Shown here: piece after piece, positions 25,901 to 34,524 of the stretch
Layout of the letters: the number at the start of each line of letters is the position of its first letter
Position numbering within the stretch: position 1 is the first letter of the stretch
Origin: a bacterium
GTDB taxonomy: Bacteria; Auribacterota; Erginobacteria; Erginobacterales; DAOSXE01
Assembly: GCA_035380285.1 (NCBI GenBank)
Contig: DAOSXE010000012.1
Span: forward strand, 2,954 to 66,953
Direction of reading: 5' to 3'
DNA length: 64,000 nt
The notes under the pieces: generated by a model
The model's database searches: none
What the model was told of the DNA's origin: nothing
The model's input: only the letters and a program-made list of their open reading frames with translations
Made by a program: the position numbers and the translations under genes

Positions 25901-27642
25901 CGATCACCGCCCTGGGGAAGACGGGAGCGGAGAACGTCGTCGATCTGCTCGACCGGGCGCTCGCGGAAGGATCGCCTCCGATGAGACGTTCGGTGATCCA
26001 GGCGCTGGGGGAACTCAAATCTCCCCGGGCGGGGAGCAGCCTGGCCGGGGCGCTGCTGGATCAGGATTCGTGGATCCGCCGGGAAGCCGCCCGGGCCCTG
26101 CGCCGCTGCCCGGGAATCGACGTTCTTGAAACCGTTTTGGAAAAGATCACCACCGCCCCCGAATGGGACGGGAACCTCGTCTCCATCCTTTTAAGCGAAA
26201 CCGTGACGTCCGGGAACCTGGAGCGGCTTCTCGATCTGGCCCGGGAGAAGAACCCGGACCTGCGCCGGATCGCGGTCGAGCTTTTAGGGAAACTGGGGGA
26301 ACCGCGGTCCCTGCCGATCCTGATCGACTCCCTCCGGGACCGGAACTGGGCGGTCCGGCTCTCCGCCGGACGGGCCCTGGCCCGGACGGCCGCTCCCGAA
26401 GCCGCCGAGGCCATGCTCGAGGCCCTGGGCAGTTCGGACGCCATGCTCAGGGTCGCCGCCCTGGAGTACTTCGGAAAGATCGATTTTCCCCGCGCCCAAC
26501 CCCAGGTGGCGAAAGCGCTCCGCGACGCCGACGCCGAAGTCCGCCTGACCGCCCTTCTCATCCTGGCCGAGCAGCCCGACAAGTTGGGGCTGGACGCCCT
26601 GATCGCGGCGGCCGCCGACGGAAGCACCAGGGTCCGGAGGACGGCGGTTCGGCTCCTGGGGAAACTCTCGACCCCGGCGGCGCTCGACGTCCTCGTCGAA
26701 GCCCTCGGGGATGCGGCCCGCGAGATCAGGCGCGAAGCGGCCGCGGCCCTGGGCCGCTCCGGTTCCCGCAAAGCCCTTCCCTCCCTGATGGCGATGCTCC
26801 GGGACGAGAACGCTTTCAACCGCACCATCGCGGTCGCCAGCCTCGGAAACCTCGGCTATCCGGAATCCCTGGCCTCCCTGATCGATTCCGCCGCGGACAA
26901 ATCCCCCGAGGTCCGCGCCGCCGCCGCCGCGGCCCTGGGGAGACTGCAGAGCCCGGAGGCGGAAGACGTTCTCGTCGAACTTCTCGGCGACCGGCGCCCC
27001 GAGGTGCGGGCCAATGCCGCGGAAGCCCTGGGCATGATCGGCAACCCGGAAAGCGCCTTCAGTCTCCTGGGAGCGCTGGGCGACGGGGAAGAAGAAGTCC
27101 GGGCGGCGGCGGCCGAAGCTTTGGGGGAGCTGGCCGCGGGCGACGCGCTCGAAGCGCTGAATAAGGCCCTGCGCGACCCTTCCCCGCTGGTCCGGGCCCG
27201 GGCCGCGGGCGCGTTGGGCAAAATCGGGGGGGGGGACGTCGCCCTGGCCCTGGCCGAGGCCGGCGGCGATCCTGACGGTTGGGTCCGCCGCAGCGCGGTC
27301 CTGGCCCTGGGGCGGTTGATCGACCCGCGCACGCTCGGCGCCGTCATCCAAGCCCTGGAAGACACCGAACCCCGGGTTCGGCGGGCGGCCCTGGAGGCCC
27401 TGCGGGCCTTTCCCGACCAGGATCAGGAAGAACATATCCGCCGGGCCCTGGACGACCCCGACCGGGGGGTGCGCCTGCGGGCCGAAACCGCCGCGGGCGA
27501 GCTGGGCCTGGCGGAGACGGTCGACCGCCTGCGGGAATTGGCCGCCGGAGAGCCCGGTATCGAGGCCGCCACCGCCCGAGCCGCCCTGCTCCTCCTCGGA
27601 GAAGACGGTCCTCCGGCCGCGACGGGGACGGCTCCCGGCTGA
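22987..27642 (+). CDS. Giant HEAT (PBS-lyase/EZ-type) repeat protein, 1551 aa
   Basis: ORF 22987..27642. A roughly 31-aa unit, D.RAv.pLi.aL.D.d..VR..AA.ALG.iG, is repeated along the whole protein. I counted about 43 (A/S)LG..G signatures by hand. The single non-HEAT insert is at about aa 240-375. Confidence 0.9.
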   Translation: MNTTGENAFAFTVSDLIETLARGDEEARAEAARSLGRLRDPAATQPLINCLHDNSPLVAAAAANALGMVRDARSAEPLRELLRSPEREVRSAGVLALGALRISSTVPSIAGLLHDPDSWVRASAALALGRVGTEQANPHLVEALADEAADVRAAGADALGVIGSTFGVEALLERLEDSDAGVRASAAGALGQAGSLKAVKPLIGLLQDVKTAVKRAAAEALGLLGDTQAVAPLIHLLTLIEKRTGDHKPPPAEPEVAVAEPGEETGAAPVEPTTFGALAVAHGLITPEQLHQALRLQSEIESNEGRHVLLGELMIERGLITPEQRDAILARQRRLLLEEEAAGGVDNVPAAEEEGGEEPARKVKEKDRLPPIKITSGTIRATAALSLGRIGDDRAVAPLMETLKDEECGVRAQAAAALGMIGDDRAVEALLACTGDAESWVRDEAETALGVLVSTVTVELLRQGTAHDNPLIRSAANRLLALTPDPESFRLLVESLGDPDPGVRAAAAAALGRLGDPRARKFLMTLLEDGSPLPRGAAAESLGWLGEAEDAVAIRPLLNQISASVRISAATALGELRDRESIRQLEQLLGSPEVRVRRAGIEALGRIGGGEAADAVRRAVEDPDPALRALAAGIIGRGGNRELTEVLAALIADPVRQVRISAARALGRLGGEGAGKAVAALLDNEDPFLRAAAAEAFGRVGRNESPFKLIRLLEDEEAVVRRAAIRALGLMGDAEACAPLRACLISDDPESRAAAAAALGRLQDREAVGELLEILDDPVPEVRKAAGQALEQVVTAAELERLLKILNAPAADIRGTAARLLARIHDRRALDALVGKLKDEDPEVRKGAAVTLGVLGDDRAVSPLIAALEDEDWWVRRAAADALGKMKDPRALEPLCRTIRDERREVRSRAAWALGRIGGEAARGSLLEALDDPVSWVRRRAAAALGEVGGEDAVGALIRALNDPAGEVRRTAITALGKTGAENVVDLLDRALAEGSPPMRRSVIQALGELKSPRAGSSLAGALLDQDSWIRREAARALRRCPGIDVLETVLEKITTAPEWDGNLVSILLSETVTSGNLERLLDLAREKNPDLRRIAVELLGKLGEPRSLPILIDSLRDRNWAVRLSAGRALARTAAPEAAEAMLEALGSSDAMLRVAALEYFGKIDFPRAQPQVAKALRDADAEVRLTALLILAEQPDKLGLDALIAAAADGSTRVRRTAVRLLGKLSTPAALDVLVEALGDAAREIRREAAAALGRSGSRKALPSLMAMLRDENAFNRTIAVASLGNLGYPESLASLIDSAADKSPEVRAAAAAALGRLQSPEAEDVLVELLGDRRPEVRANAAEALGMIGNPESAFSLLGALGDGEEEVRAAAAEALGELAAGDALEALNKALRDPSPLVRARAAGALGKIGGGDVALALAEAGGDPDGWVRRSAVLALGRLIDPRTLGAVIQALEDTEPRVRRAALEALRAFPDQDQEEHIRRALDDPDRGVRLRAETAAGELGLAETVDRLRELAAGEPGIEAATARAALLLLGEDGPPAATGTAPG

Positions 27643-28265
27643 TGGGCGCCTGGCTCCGGGGCGTTTTCGTCTTCGCCGCCGCCGCCGCTTACGCGGCGGC
27701 GGCGGGCTGGAGCGGCGAATTTTCCTGGATCGAGGGCATCCCGGCGACGGCGGCCTTGATCGTCCTGATCGTCGGCGCCGGGGCGATCGAAGGCATCCTC
27801 CACCGGCCCCGGAGATTTCCCTGGGATCTTATCCCCTTCGCGGCCGCGGGGCCCGTGGCCTTTCTCCTGGCCGGCGGCGGCGCGGGGGGGTGGCGGGAAG
27901 GCGTGACTTTCTGCGGATTTTTCTACGGAGCGGCTCTGGGGGGCGGTTTCGCCGCCGGGATTCTCGCCGCCCCCCTGGCCGCGGTTCGGGCGTTTAATCC
28001 AGGCGCGGCGGAAGAACGGCTGCGGCGGGGACTGGAGTCGGTCGGAGCTCTGCGGCTGGTGACGTACGGAGTCCTCCTCTTCCTGGGGACGGCGGCGGCG
28101 GGCGGGCGGGCGCTGCTCGGCATGAAACGTACGGCCGCGAACCTCCCGGGAGGAACACCGGCGGCGGCCGCGGCTCTCTTCCTGCTTTTTTTCGGAACCT
28201 GCGCCGTCCTGACCTGCCGCCACACCGTTTTTTCCCGCCGCGCCGGGAAACCGGGAAAAACCTGA
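27642..28265 (+). CDS. Polytopic membrane protein, function unknown
   Basis: ATG 27642 inside ORF 27279..28265 shares one base with the HEAT-gene TGA (TGATG). The product is 207 aa with about 6 hydrophobic segments rich in Ala/Gly. Confidence 0.65.
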   Translation: MGAWLRGVFVFAAAAAYAAAAGWSGEFSWIEGIPATAALIVLIVGAGAIEGILHRPRRFPWDLIPFAAAGPVAFLLAGGGAGGWREGVTFCGFFYGAALGGGFAAGILAAPLAAVRAFNPGAAEERLRRGLESVGALRLVTYGVLLFLGTAAAGGRALLGMKRTAANLPGGTPAAAAALFLLFFGTCAVLTCRHTVFSRRAGKPGKT

Positions 28266-28275
28266 ACCGGGCAGC

Positions 28276-28815
28276 TCAGGCGCAGACCCGGACCGGGCCG
28301 CAGGGGGCGGCGGGGCGCGGCGGGCGCAGGGGCGGCAGCTCGCGGTCGCGGTCGGCCTGGAGCTCGGCGTAGAGAAGGCGGTGCCATTCCCGAGCGGTCT
28401 GCGCCGGCATCCCCATCCCCTCCAGCCGGAAGGGCCAGCCCGGGTCGTTCGCCAGCGGGCAGGTCTCGTCGATCCCCAGGATGCCTTCCCGGGTGTAGGC
28501 ATAGGGGTGAAGGCGACAGATCAGCGGCCGAAGGTCGGCGGGAAGACGGCAGCCCTTTTCTTGCAGAAAACAGCACCGCAGCTCGGAGCTGCGTTTGAGA
28601 ACCAGGCGGCGGCCGTCGGGCCGCAGCGTCAGGGAGAGCCATTCGGGATCGTACCCCGGATCCAGATATTGAAGATCGGGTAGTTCCACGGTATGGAACC
28701 CTTCTTCTCCCAGAAAGGCGGATATCCGGGAGAGGTCCCCGGTGGTTAAAACGATCTGGGTGCCCTGGCAGCACGAGGTGCCGGCCAGGGCGCACTTTCG
28801 GCATTCGTCGCTCAT
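28276..28815 (-). CDS. YkgJ-family Cys-cluster (putative Fe-S/Zn) protein
   Basis: ORF 28276..28815. The N-terminal CRKCALAGTSCCQG and later RCCFL and CRLHP cysteine motifs are typical of the UPF0153/CxxCxxCC family. Confidence 0.6.
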   Translation of the reverse strand: MSDECRKCALAGTSCCQGTQIVLTTGDLSRISAFLGEEGFHTVELPDLQYLDPGYDPEWLSLTLRPDGRRLVLKRSSELRCCFLQEKGCRLPADLRPLICRLHPYAYTREGILGIDETCPLANDPGWPFRLEGMGMPAQTAREWHRLLYAELQADRDRELPPLRPPRPAAPCGPVRVCA

Positions 28816-28963
28816 GGTTGTACGCCCTCGGACTGAGGTTTAACGTTGCCGCCGGTTCCGCCCGCCCGGACCGTCTCCGGAACGGGCGCCGGTCGGCGCG
28901 GATGCGGATTGACTTACCGGTGGGGGAAGGCCGATCGCGGTCGGCCAGGGAGACGAACGCCGC

Positions 28964-29524
28964 TCAGATCTCGAGGAGTTCCCGCTCCTTGGCGGCAAGC
29001 AGGTCCTCGATCTCCCTGACGTACTCGTCGGTCTTGGTTTGGACCTCCTCCAGAAAGCGGAACTTCTCGTCCTCGGGGACCTTCCCTCCCTTCCCCAGTT
29101 CCTCGATCTGATGGTTGGCCTCGCGGCGAACGTTGCGGATGGAAACCTTGCCTTCCTCGGCGATCTTCTTGATCACCTTGACCAGGTCGCGGCGGCGCTC
29201 CTCGCTGATCTCGGGAACCGGAATCCGGATGATCTTGCCGTCGTTGGAGGGATTGAGCCCCACGTTGGCCTGCATGATCGCCTTCTCGATATCGGAGAGA
29301 GAGTTCGGATCCCAGGGTTGAACGACCAGGAGACGGGCTTCGGGGGTGGAAATTCCGGCCAGGTCGCGCAACCGGCTCCGGGTCCCGTAATAATCGACGA
29401 CGATGTTCTCGATCAAGGCCGGAGACGCCTTCCCGGTCCGGATCGAGGCGAATTCGCCCTTGACCACGTCGACCGATTTCAGCATCTTCAGTTCCATCTC
29501 CTCAAGGGCTTCCTCGGGGAGCAT
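28964..29524 (-). CDS. frr: Ribosome recycling factor
   Basis: ORF 28964..29524. Full-length RRF-like sequence (FASIRTGKASPALIENIVVDYYG...RNVRREAN). Confidence 0.95.
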   Translation of the reverse strand: MLPEEALEEMELKMLKSVDVVKGEFASIRTGKASPALIENIVVDYYGTRSRLRDLAGISTPEARLLVVQPWDPNSLSDIEKAIMQANVGLNPSNDGKIIRIPVPEISEERRRDLVKVIKKIAEEGKVSIRNVRREANHQIEELGKGGKVPEDEKFRFLEEVQTKTDEYVREIEDLLAAKERELLEI

Positions 29525-29578
29525 TCTGAACCTCCTTGCCTGTCTGACTGCCGTCGAACCCGACGGGCTTCGGGCCCG

Positions 29579-30295
29579 TCAAGCATGCAGCAGGGTGCCT
29601 ATCTTCTCTCCCATGGCGGCGCGCCGCAGCGCGTGTTCCGCCCAAAAATCGAAAACCAGAACGGGGATGCCGTTTTCGCTGGCCAGGCCGAAGGCGGAAA
29701 AATCCATGATCTTCAGCCCCAACTCCAGGGCCTTGACGTAGGTCAGCTCCTCGAACTTGACCGCGTTCGGGTCCTTCTTGGGATCGGCGGTATAGATCCC
29801 GTCGACCTTGGTGGCCTTGAGGACGGCATCGGCGCAGATGTCGCAGGCCCGCAGCAGCGCGGCGGTGTCGGTGGAGACGAAAGGATTTCCGGTTCCGCCG
29901 GAAAAGATCCCGACTTCACCGTCTTCCAGCGCCTGACGGGCGGCACGGGGGGAATAGAGTTCCGCCACCGCCCCGACCGGGACGCAGGAGAAAAGCCGGG
30001 CCCTGAGACCGGCTTGCTCCAGGGCGCCGCGCAGGGCCATGCCGTTGATGACCGTCGCCAGCATCCCCATCTGGTCGGCGGCGGTGCGCTCGATCCCCAT
30101 GGTCCCGGCGTTGACGCCGCGGACGATATTGCCTCCTCCCCCCACGATCCCGATCTCCACTCCGGCCTCGGCCACTTCCCGAACGTTTTCGGCCAGGAAA
30201 GCCAGTGCGCCCGCGTCGAATATCTCCCCGGGACGGCCCAGGGTTTCCCCGCTGAGCTTGAGGACGACCCGCCGATACCTGGGAACCGCGCCCAT
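29579..30295 (-). CDS. pyrH: UMP kinase
   Basis: ORF 29579..30454 trimmed to ATG 30295 (MGAVPRYRRVVLKLSGE), 5 nt after the tsf stop. The motif GGGNIVRG is present. Confidence 0.93.
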   Translation of the reverse strand: MGAVPRYRRVVLKLSGETLGRPGEIFDAGALAFLAENVREVAEAGVEIGIVGGGGNIVRGVNAGTMGIERTAADQMGMLATVINGMALRGALEQAGLRARLFSCVPVGAVAELYSPRAARQALEDGEVGIFSGGTGNPFVSTDTAALLRACDICADAVLKATKVDGIYTADPKKDPNAVKFEELTYVKALELGLKIMDFSAFGLASENGIPVLVFDFWAEHALRRAAMGEKIGTLLHA

Positions 30296-30300
30296 CGCGA

Positions 30301-31107
30301 TCACTCCCCGATCTCGCCGAGACGCCAGCGGACGAAGGAGAGGACCTCGACGTTCGGGCCGGCTTCCTTGCGGATATACTCGCCCACGCTCATCTCCGGG
30401 TCCCGCATATAGGGAAAATCCACCAGGCAGAGTTCGGCCAGGCGCTTGCGCCACTTGCCCGCCACGATCTTATCCCTTACTTCCGGGGGCTTGTCGGCGA
30501 ACTGCGCGCCCGCGATCTCCAATTCCTTTTCCTTCACCTCCGCGGGAACGTCCCTCTCGGTGATATAGTCGGGGTTGTACGCGACCACCTGCATCGCCGT
30601 CTCCGCGGCCGCTTCGGGTACGGGGGCGGAGAGCTCGACCAGGGCGGCCACCTTGGAATTGTGATGAAGGTACCCCCCGATGAACCCCTCTTTTTCCCAG
30701 AGCAGGGCCCGGGATAGTTCCATCTTTTCTCCGGTTTTGCCGGAATAGTCCTTGATCCGCTCCAGGACTTCCGAGCCGGCGGCGGCGGCTTCGCCGCGGC
30801 CCATGACTTCTCCCAGAACCCAATCGGCCAACTCGGAAAATTCCGGCGTGCGGGCGACGAAATCGGTTTCGCAGTTGAATTCGATCAGCGCGGCCCGTTT
30901 CCCGTCCGGAGAAACGCCGATACGCAGCAAACCTTCCCGCGCCTGCCGGCCTTCCCTCTTGGCGATCTTGGCCTGGCCTTCCTTGCGCAGGATCTCTACC
31001 GCCTTGGCCTCGTCGCCGTCGGCCTGCTGGAGGGCCTGCTTGCAGGCCATGATCCCCGCTCCGGTCTTCTCCCTCAGTTCCTTAACCATTCCGGAATCGA
31101 TGATCAT
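30301..31107 (-). CDS. tsf: Translation elongation factor Ts
   Basis: ORF 30301..31641 trimmed to ATG 31107, which follows GAGGAGGAGGAAGC and overlaps the rpsB stop (ATGA). The N-terminus reads MVKELREKTGAGIMACKQAL. Confidence 0.93.
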   Translation of the reverse strand: MIIDSGMVKELREKTGAGIMACKQALQQADGDEAKAVEILRKEGQAKIAKREGRQAREGLLRIGVSPDGKRAALIEFNCETDFVARTPEFSELADWVLGEVMGRGEAAAAGSEVLERIKDYSGKTGEKMELSRALLWEKEGFIGGYLHHNSKVAALVELSAPVPEAAAETAMQVVAYNPDYITERDVPAEVKEKELEIAGAQFADKPPEVRDKIVAGKWRKRLAELCLVDFPYMRDPEMSVGEYIRKEAGPNVEVLSFVRWRLGEIGE

Positions 31108-31925
31108 GCTTCCTCCTCCTCGTCGTCGCCGGCGGCGGCCGGAGCATCGGCCGCCTCGGCTTCCGGGGCCGCGGGCGCCGGCTCCGGAGCGGCGGGAGCC
31201 GGGGCAACCGTCGCTTTCTCGTTGGCGGTATCCCGGACCACGCGGCCCTCGGCCAGGCCCTCCTCGATCGCTTCCACCAACTGGGCGACGACCAGCCGGG
31301 TGGAGCGGATACCGTCGTCGTTGCCCGGGATCGGATAGTTGACCAGGTTGGGATCGCAGTTGCTGTCGACGACCGCGACGATGGGGATGCCCAGTTTGCG
31401 GCCTTCGCGAACCGCGTTGTACTCCCGCTGGATATCGATCACCACCAGGACTCCCGGAACCCTGACCATTTTCCTGATCCCGTCCAGGTTGCGGTGGAGT
31501 TTCGATTCCTCGCGGGCGAGGGCGGCGATCTCTTTTTTCGAACGCCCCTCCAGGCCCTCGTTCTTGACCTTCTCCAACTTTTCCAGCCGCTGGATGCTGG
31601 AGCGGATGGTCTGGAAATTGGTGAGCGTGCCTCCCAGCCACCGGTCGTTGACGTAGTGCATGCCGGTCTTTTCCGCCGCTTCCTTGATCGTGTCCTGGAC
31701 CTGGCGTTTGGTTCCGACGAAGAGGACCTCCTTGCCTTCGGCCACCTGCTCCCGGATGAATTTCCGGGCCAGGCGCAGCTGGCGGCTGGTCTGCCTCAAA
31801 TCGATGATGTGTACCTTGCTGCGGGCCTCGAAGATGAAGCCCTCCATCCGGGGGTTCCAGCGTTTGGTCTGATGACCGAAATGCACGCCGGCTTCAAGCA
31901 ATTCTTTAATGGTTGCAGAACTCAC
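31104..31925 (-). CDS. rpsB: 30S ribosomal protein S2
   Basis: ORF 31104..31925 with a GTG start after AAGGAGGA. LLEAGVHFGHQTKRWNP is present, followed by an acidic, Ala/Pro-rich C-terminal tail. Confidence 0.95.
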   Translation of the reverse strand: MSSATIKELLEAGVHFGHQTKRWNPRMEGFIFEARSKVHIIDLRQTSRQLRLARKFIREQVAEGKEVLFVGTKRQVQDTIKEAAEKTGMHYVNDRWLGGTLTNFQTIRSSIQRLEKLEKVKNEGLEGRSKKEIAALAREESKLHRNLDGIRKMVRVPGVLVVIDIQREYNAVREGRKLGIPIVAVVDSNCDPNLVNYPIPGNDDGIRSTRLVVAQLVEAIEEGLAEGRVVRDTANEKATVAPAPAAPEPAPAAPEAEAADAPAAAGDDEEEEA

Positions 31926-31992
31926 TACTCCTCCTTGTGCTTTCCCGCACCGAACTGACGGCGCTTTCCGCTACTTCGGAACAGGGTAAGGT

Positions 31993-32020
31993 ACTATAGC
32001 AAAGCCGGAACGCGGAGCAA
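31993..32020 (-). promoter_or_regulatory. Promoter for rpsB-tsf-pyrH-frr (TTGCTC-16-TGcTATAGT)
   Basis: Minus-strand read: TTGCTCCGCGTTCCGGCTTTGCTATAGT, with an extended -10. It lies about 68 nt upstream of the rpsB GTG. Confidence 0.5.
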
Positions 32021-32021
32021 G

Positions 32022-32738
32022 TCATTTTTCGGACGCGGACGCGCCCCGTTCCGCCCGGCGATCGACGGCCCTCAGGCTCCGGCGCAGGACCTCGGCCCAC
32101 CGGCTCCGTTCTTCGCCGGCGGCGGCTCGGGGGACTTCGATGGCGGGACCGAAAACGACCCGGATCCGGCCCAGGGGCAGGGGGATTCTCATGTGGTCCC
32201 AGCTTCCGGCTATGACCAGCTGCAGGGTCGAGGCGAAGGAAACCGGGAGGATGGGGAGCCCGGTCACGGCCGCGATCGCGATCACTCCCTCGTGAACCTG
32301 GTAGCGGGGTCCCTTGGGCCCGTCGGGGGTGACGGCGGCATCCCCGCCGGCGGCGAGGTCGCGGACGATCTCCACGAAGGCGGCCCGCCCGCCGCGGGTG
32401 CTCGATCCCCGCACCGAATGCAGGCCGAAAGCCCCGATCAGGCGCGAAAGCAGTTCCCCGTCGCGGGAGCGGCTGACGATCACCGAAATCCGCCGGCCCG
32501 GCTGTAGAAAGCGGCGATAGATATATGGCATCATCATGAACCGGTTGTGCCAGAAGGCGAAGATCGCCCGGCCGGGCGACTCCAGAACCTTTTCCAGCTC
32601 TTCCCGGTTGTGAAACTCCCAATCCGAGCTGCGGCCGACCATCCGGATCAGCCCCGAGGCGAGGGCGGCGGTAAGCGTGGTCGCGGCCCCGGTTTTCAAC
32701 AACCCGGCGCTCATTTCAGCGCGAAAACTGGAGCTCAT
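32022..32738 (-). CDS. DUF374 lysophospholipid-acyltransferase-family protein
   Basis: ORF 32022..32738. An alternative ATG at 32714 lies 1 nt after the msbA stop. Motifs are present: FAFWHNRFMMMPY, SRSRDGELLSRLIGAFG, TPDGPKGPRY. Confidence 0.8.
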   Translation of the reverse strand: MSSSFRAEMSAGLLKTGAATTLTAALASGLIRMVGRSSDWEFHNREELEKVLESPGRAIFAFWHNRFMMMPYIYRRFLQPGRRISVIVSRSRDGELLSRLIGAFGLHSVRGSSTRGGRAAFVEIVRDLAAGGDAAVTPDGPKGPRYQVHEGVIAIAAVTGLPILPVSFASTLQLVIAGSWDHMRIPLPLGRIRVVFGPAIEVPRAAAGEERSRWAEVLRRSLRAVDRRAERGASASEK

Positions 32739-34524
32739 AGAGCCGGCTGTAGGGTCCTCCCGAAGCCAGGAGCTGGTCGTGGCGGCCGACTTGCACGATC
32801 CGGCGGTCTTCCAGGACCACGATCCGGTCGGCGCCGCGGACCGTGGAAAGGCGGTGGGCGATGACGAAGACGGTGCGATCCACCATCAGCCGGTTCAGCG
32901 CCTCCTGAACCAGTTTTTCGGACTCGGCATCGAGCGCCGAAGTGGCTTCGTCCAGGATAAGAATGGGGGGATCCTTGAGGATGGCCCGGGCGATGGATAT
33001 CCGCTGGCGCTCCCCGCCGGAGAGAGCGTACCCCCTTTCCCCGACTTCGGTGTCGTACTGGTGGGGCAGCTTCATGATGAAATCGTGGGCGTTGGCGGTG
33101 CGCGCGGCGGCGGCGATCTGCTCGCGGTCGGTGGCTTTTTTCCCGTAGGCGATGTTCCCGGCCACGGTTTCGTTGAAGAGGATGACTTCCTGGGTAACTA
33201 TTCCCATCTGCGCGCGCAGCGACCGGATGGTCGCGTCCCTGAGGTCGACCCCGTCCAGCATGATCCTTCCGGCCGTGGGGTCGTAAAACCGGGGAATGAG
33301 GTTGACCAGCGTGCTCTTACCCGACCCCGAGGACCCGACGATGGCGATGACCTCGCCTTTGCGCACCCGGAGATCGATCCCTTCCAACACCGGTTCTTTC
33401 CCGGTGTAGGAAAACCCCACGTTTTCGAAGACCACCGATTCCTGGATCGGCGGGACCTCGATCGCGTCCGGTTTCTCGGAGACCGAGCTTTCGATCCGGA
33501 GAATGTTTTCGATCCGGTCCATGGCCGCGGCGGAGCGCTGGATCATGTTGTTCGCCCGGCCCAACTGCTTGATGGGGCGCGGGATCGAGCCCAGGCAGGC
33601 CAGGTAGATCACGAACTGGGCGGCGTCGATCTCGCGGTCGAGAATGGCGTTCCCCATCACCGCCAGAACCACGGCCATGGCCACGATCACCACCACTTCG
33701 GTCACGGGAGAAACCATGGCGTCGAGCCGCGCCATGCCCATCATCAGGCGGTAGAACCGTTTGTTCGAGCGTTCGAAGCGTTTGACTTCGTAGTCCTCCA
33801 TGGAAAACGCCTTGACCACCCGGATTCCGGAGATGGTCTCCTGGAGGAGGGAACTGATGTCGGCGATTTTCTCCTGGGAGTGGGAAGAGAGTTTCCTGAT
33901 GACGTTGCCGATGATGAGAATCGGGGGCATGAGGAAGAGGAAGATGCCGAAGACGAGCAGGGCCAGCTGCCAGTTGATGATGATGGGAAGGCCGGCGTAG
34001 AGAACGAGATCGCAGGCGTTCTGCATCAGCCGGATGAACCCTTCGGAGATCCCCCGGTGGAGAAGATCGGCGTCGTAGGTGATCCGGGCCATCAGCTCGC
34101 CGGTCCGTTGTTCGGTGAAGTAGTCCAGGGAAAGCGACTGCAGATGCGAATAGATGCGGGAACGGGTGTTCCGGACCACGCTGTTGCCGACGAACTGCAG
34201 GGTGATGTCGGCCAGAAACGTCAACCCCCCCCGGATGACGGAGATGCCGACCACGAAATAGATCAGATAATACAGCAGCTTCTGGTTGGGAAGGTTGTTC
34301 ACCCAGGCGGCGAAGGAGTCGATGGCGGTTTGGAGAAAAGCCGGAAGCTCGATCGATACCTGGGGGATAAAGGGGTCTCCTTCGACGATCTTCGACCAGA
34401 AGGGGAGAATGGCCGTGAAACTCACGCCCATGGTGGAGGAGATGAGGGAGGAGAGCACTGCGGCCACGATCAGGAAGAAGATGTACCTTCGGGCCAGCTT
34501 CAGGAGTTTCAGATACGATTTCAT
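32716..34524 (-). CDS. msbA: ABC exporter, fused permease and ATPase (lipid A flippase MsbA-like)
   Basis: ORF 32716..34740 trimmed to ATG 34524 (MKSYLKLLKLARRY), overlapping the lpxB stop (ATGA). It has Walker A GSSGSGKST, the signature LSGGERQR and Walker B ILILDEATS. The lipid A gene context supports the call. Confidence 0.85.
   Translation of the reverse strand: MKSYLKLLKLARRYIFFLIVAAVLSSLISSTMGVSFTAILPFWSKIVEGDPFIPQVSIELPAFLQTAIDSFAAWVNNLPNQKLLYYLIYFVVGISVIRGGLTFLADITLQFVGNSVVRNTRSRIYSHLQSLSLDYFTEQRTGELMARITYDADLLHRGISEGFIRLMQNACDLVLYAGLPIIINWQLALLVFGIFLFLMPPILIIGNVIRKLSSHSQEKIADISSLLQETISGIRVVKAFSMEDYEVKRFERSNKRFYRLMMGMARLDAMVSPVTEVVVIVAMAVVLAVMGNAILDREIDAAQFVIYLACLGSIPRPIKQLGRANNMIQRSAAAMDRIENILRIESSVSEKPDAIEVPPIQESVVFENVGFSYTGKEPVLEGIDLRVRKGEVIAIVGSSGSGKSTLVNLIPRFYDPTAGRIMLDGVDLRDATIRSLRAQMGIVTQEVILFNETVAGNIAYGKKATDREQIAAAARTANAHDFIMKLPHQYDTEVGERGYALSGGERQRISIARAILKDPPILILDEATSALDAESEKLVQEALNRLMVDRTVFVIAHRLSTVRGADRIVVLEDRRIVQVGRHDQLLASGGPYSRLYELQFSR

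Noticed and set aside
29579-31641. N-terminal extensions of pyrH (to 30454) and tsf (to 31641) in the ORF track, with similar extensions for msbA (to 34740), lpxC (to 38441), pgi (to 22905) and hisG (to 50896)
   Set aside because: The extensions overlap the preceding gene and are Arg/Pro/Gly-rich. In each case a conserved family N-terminus with an SD sequence or a stop/start overlap is found at the internal start.
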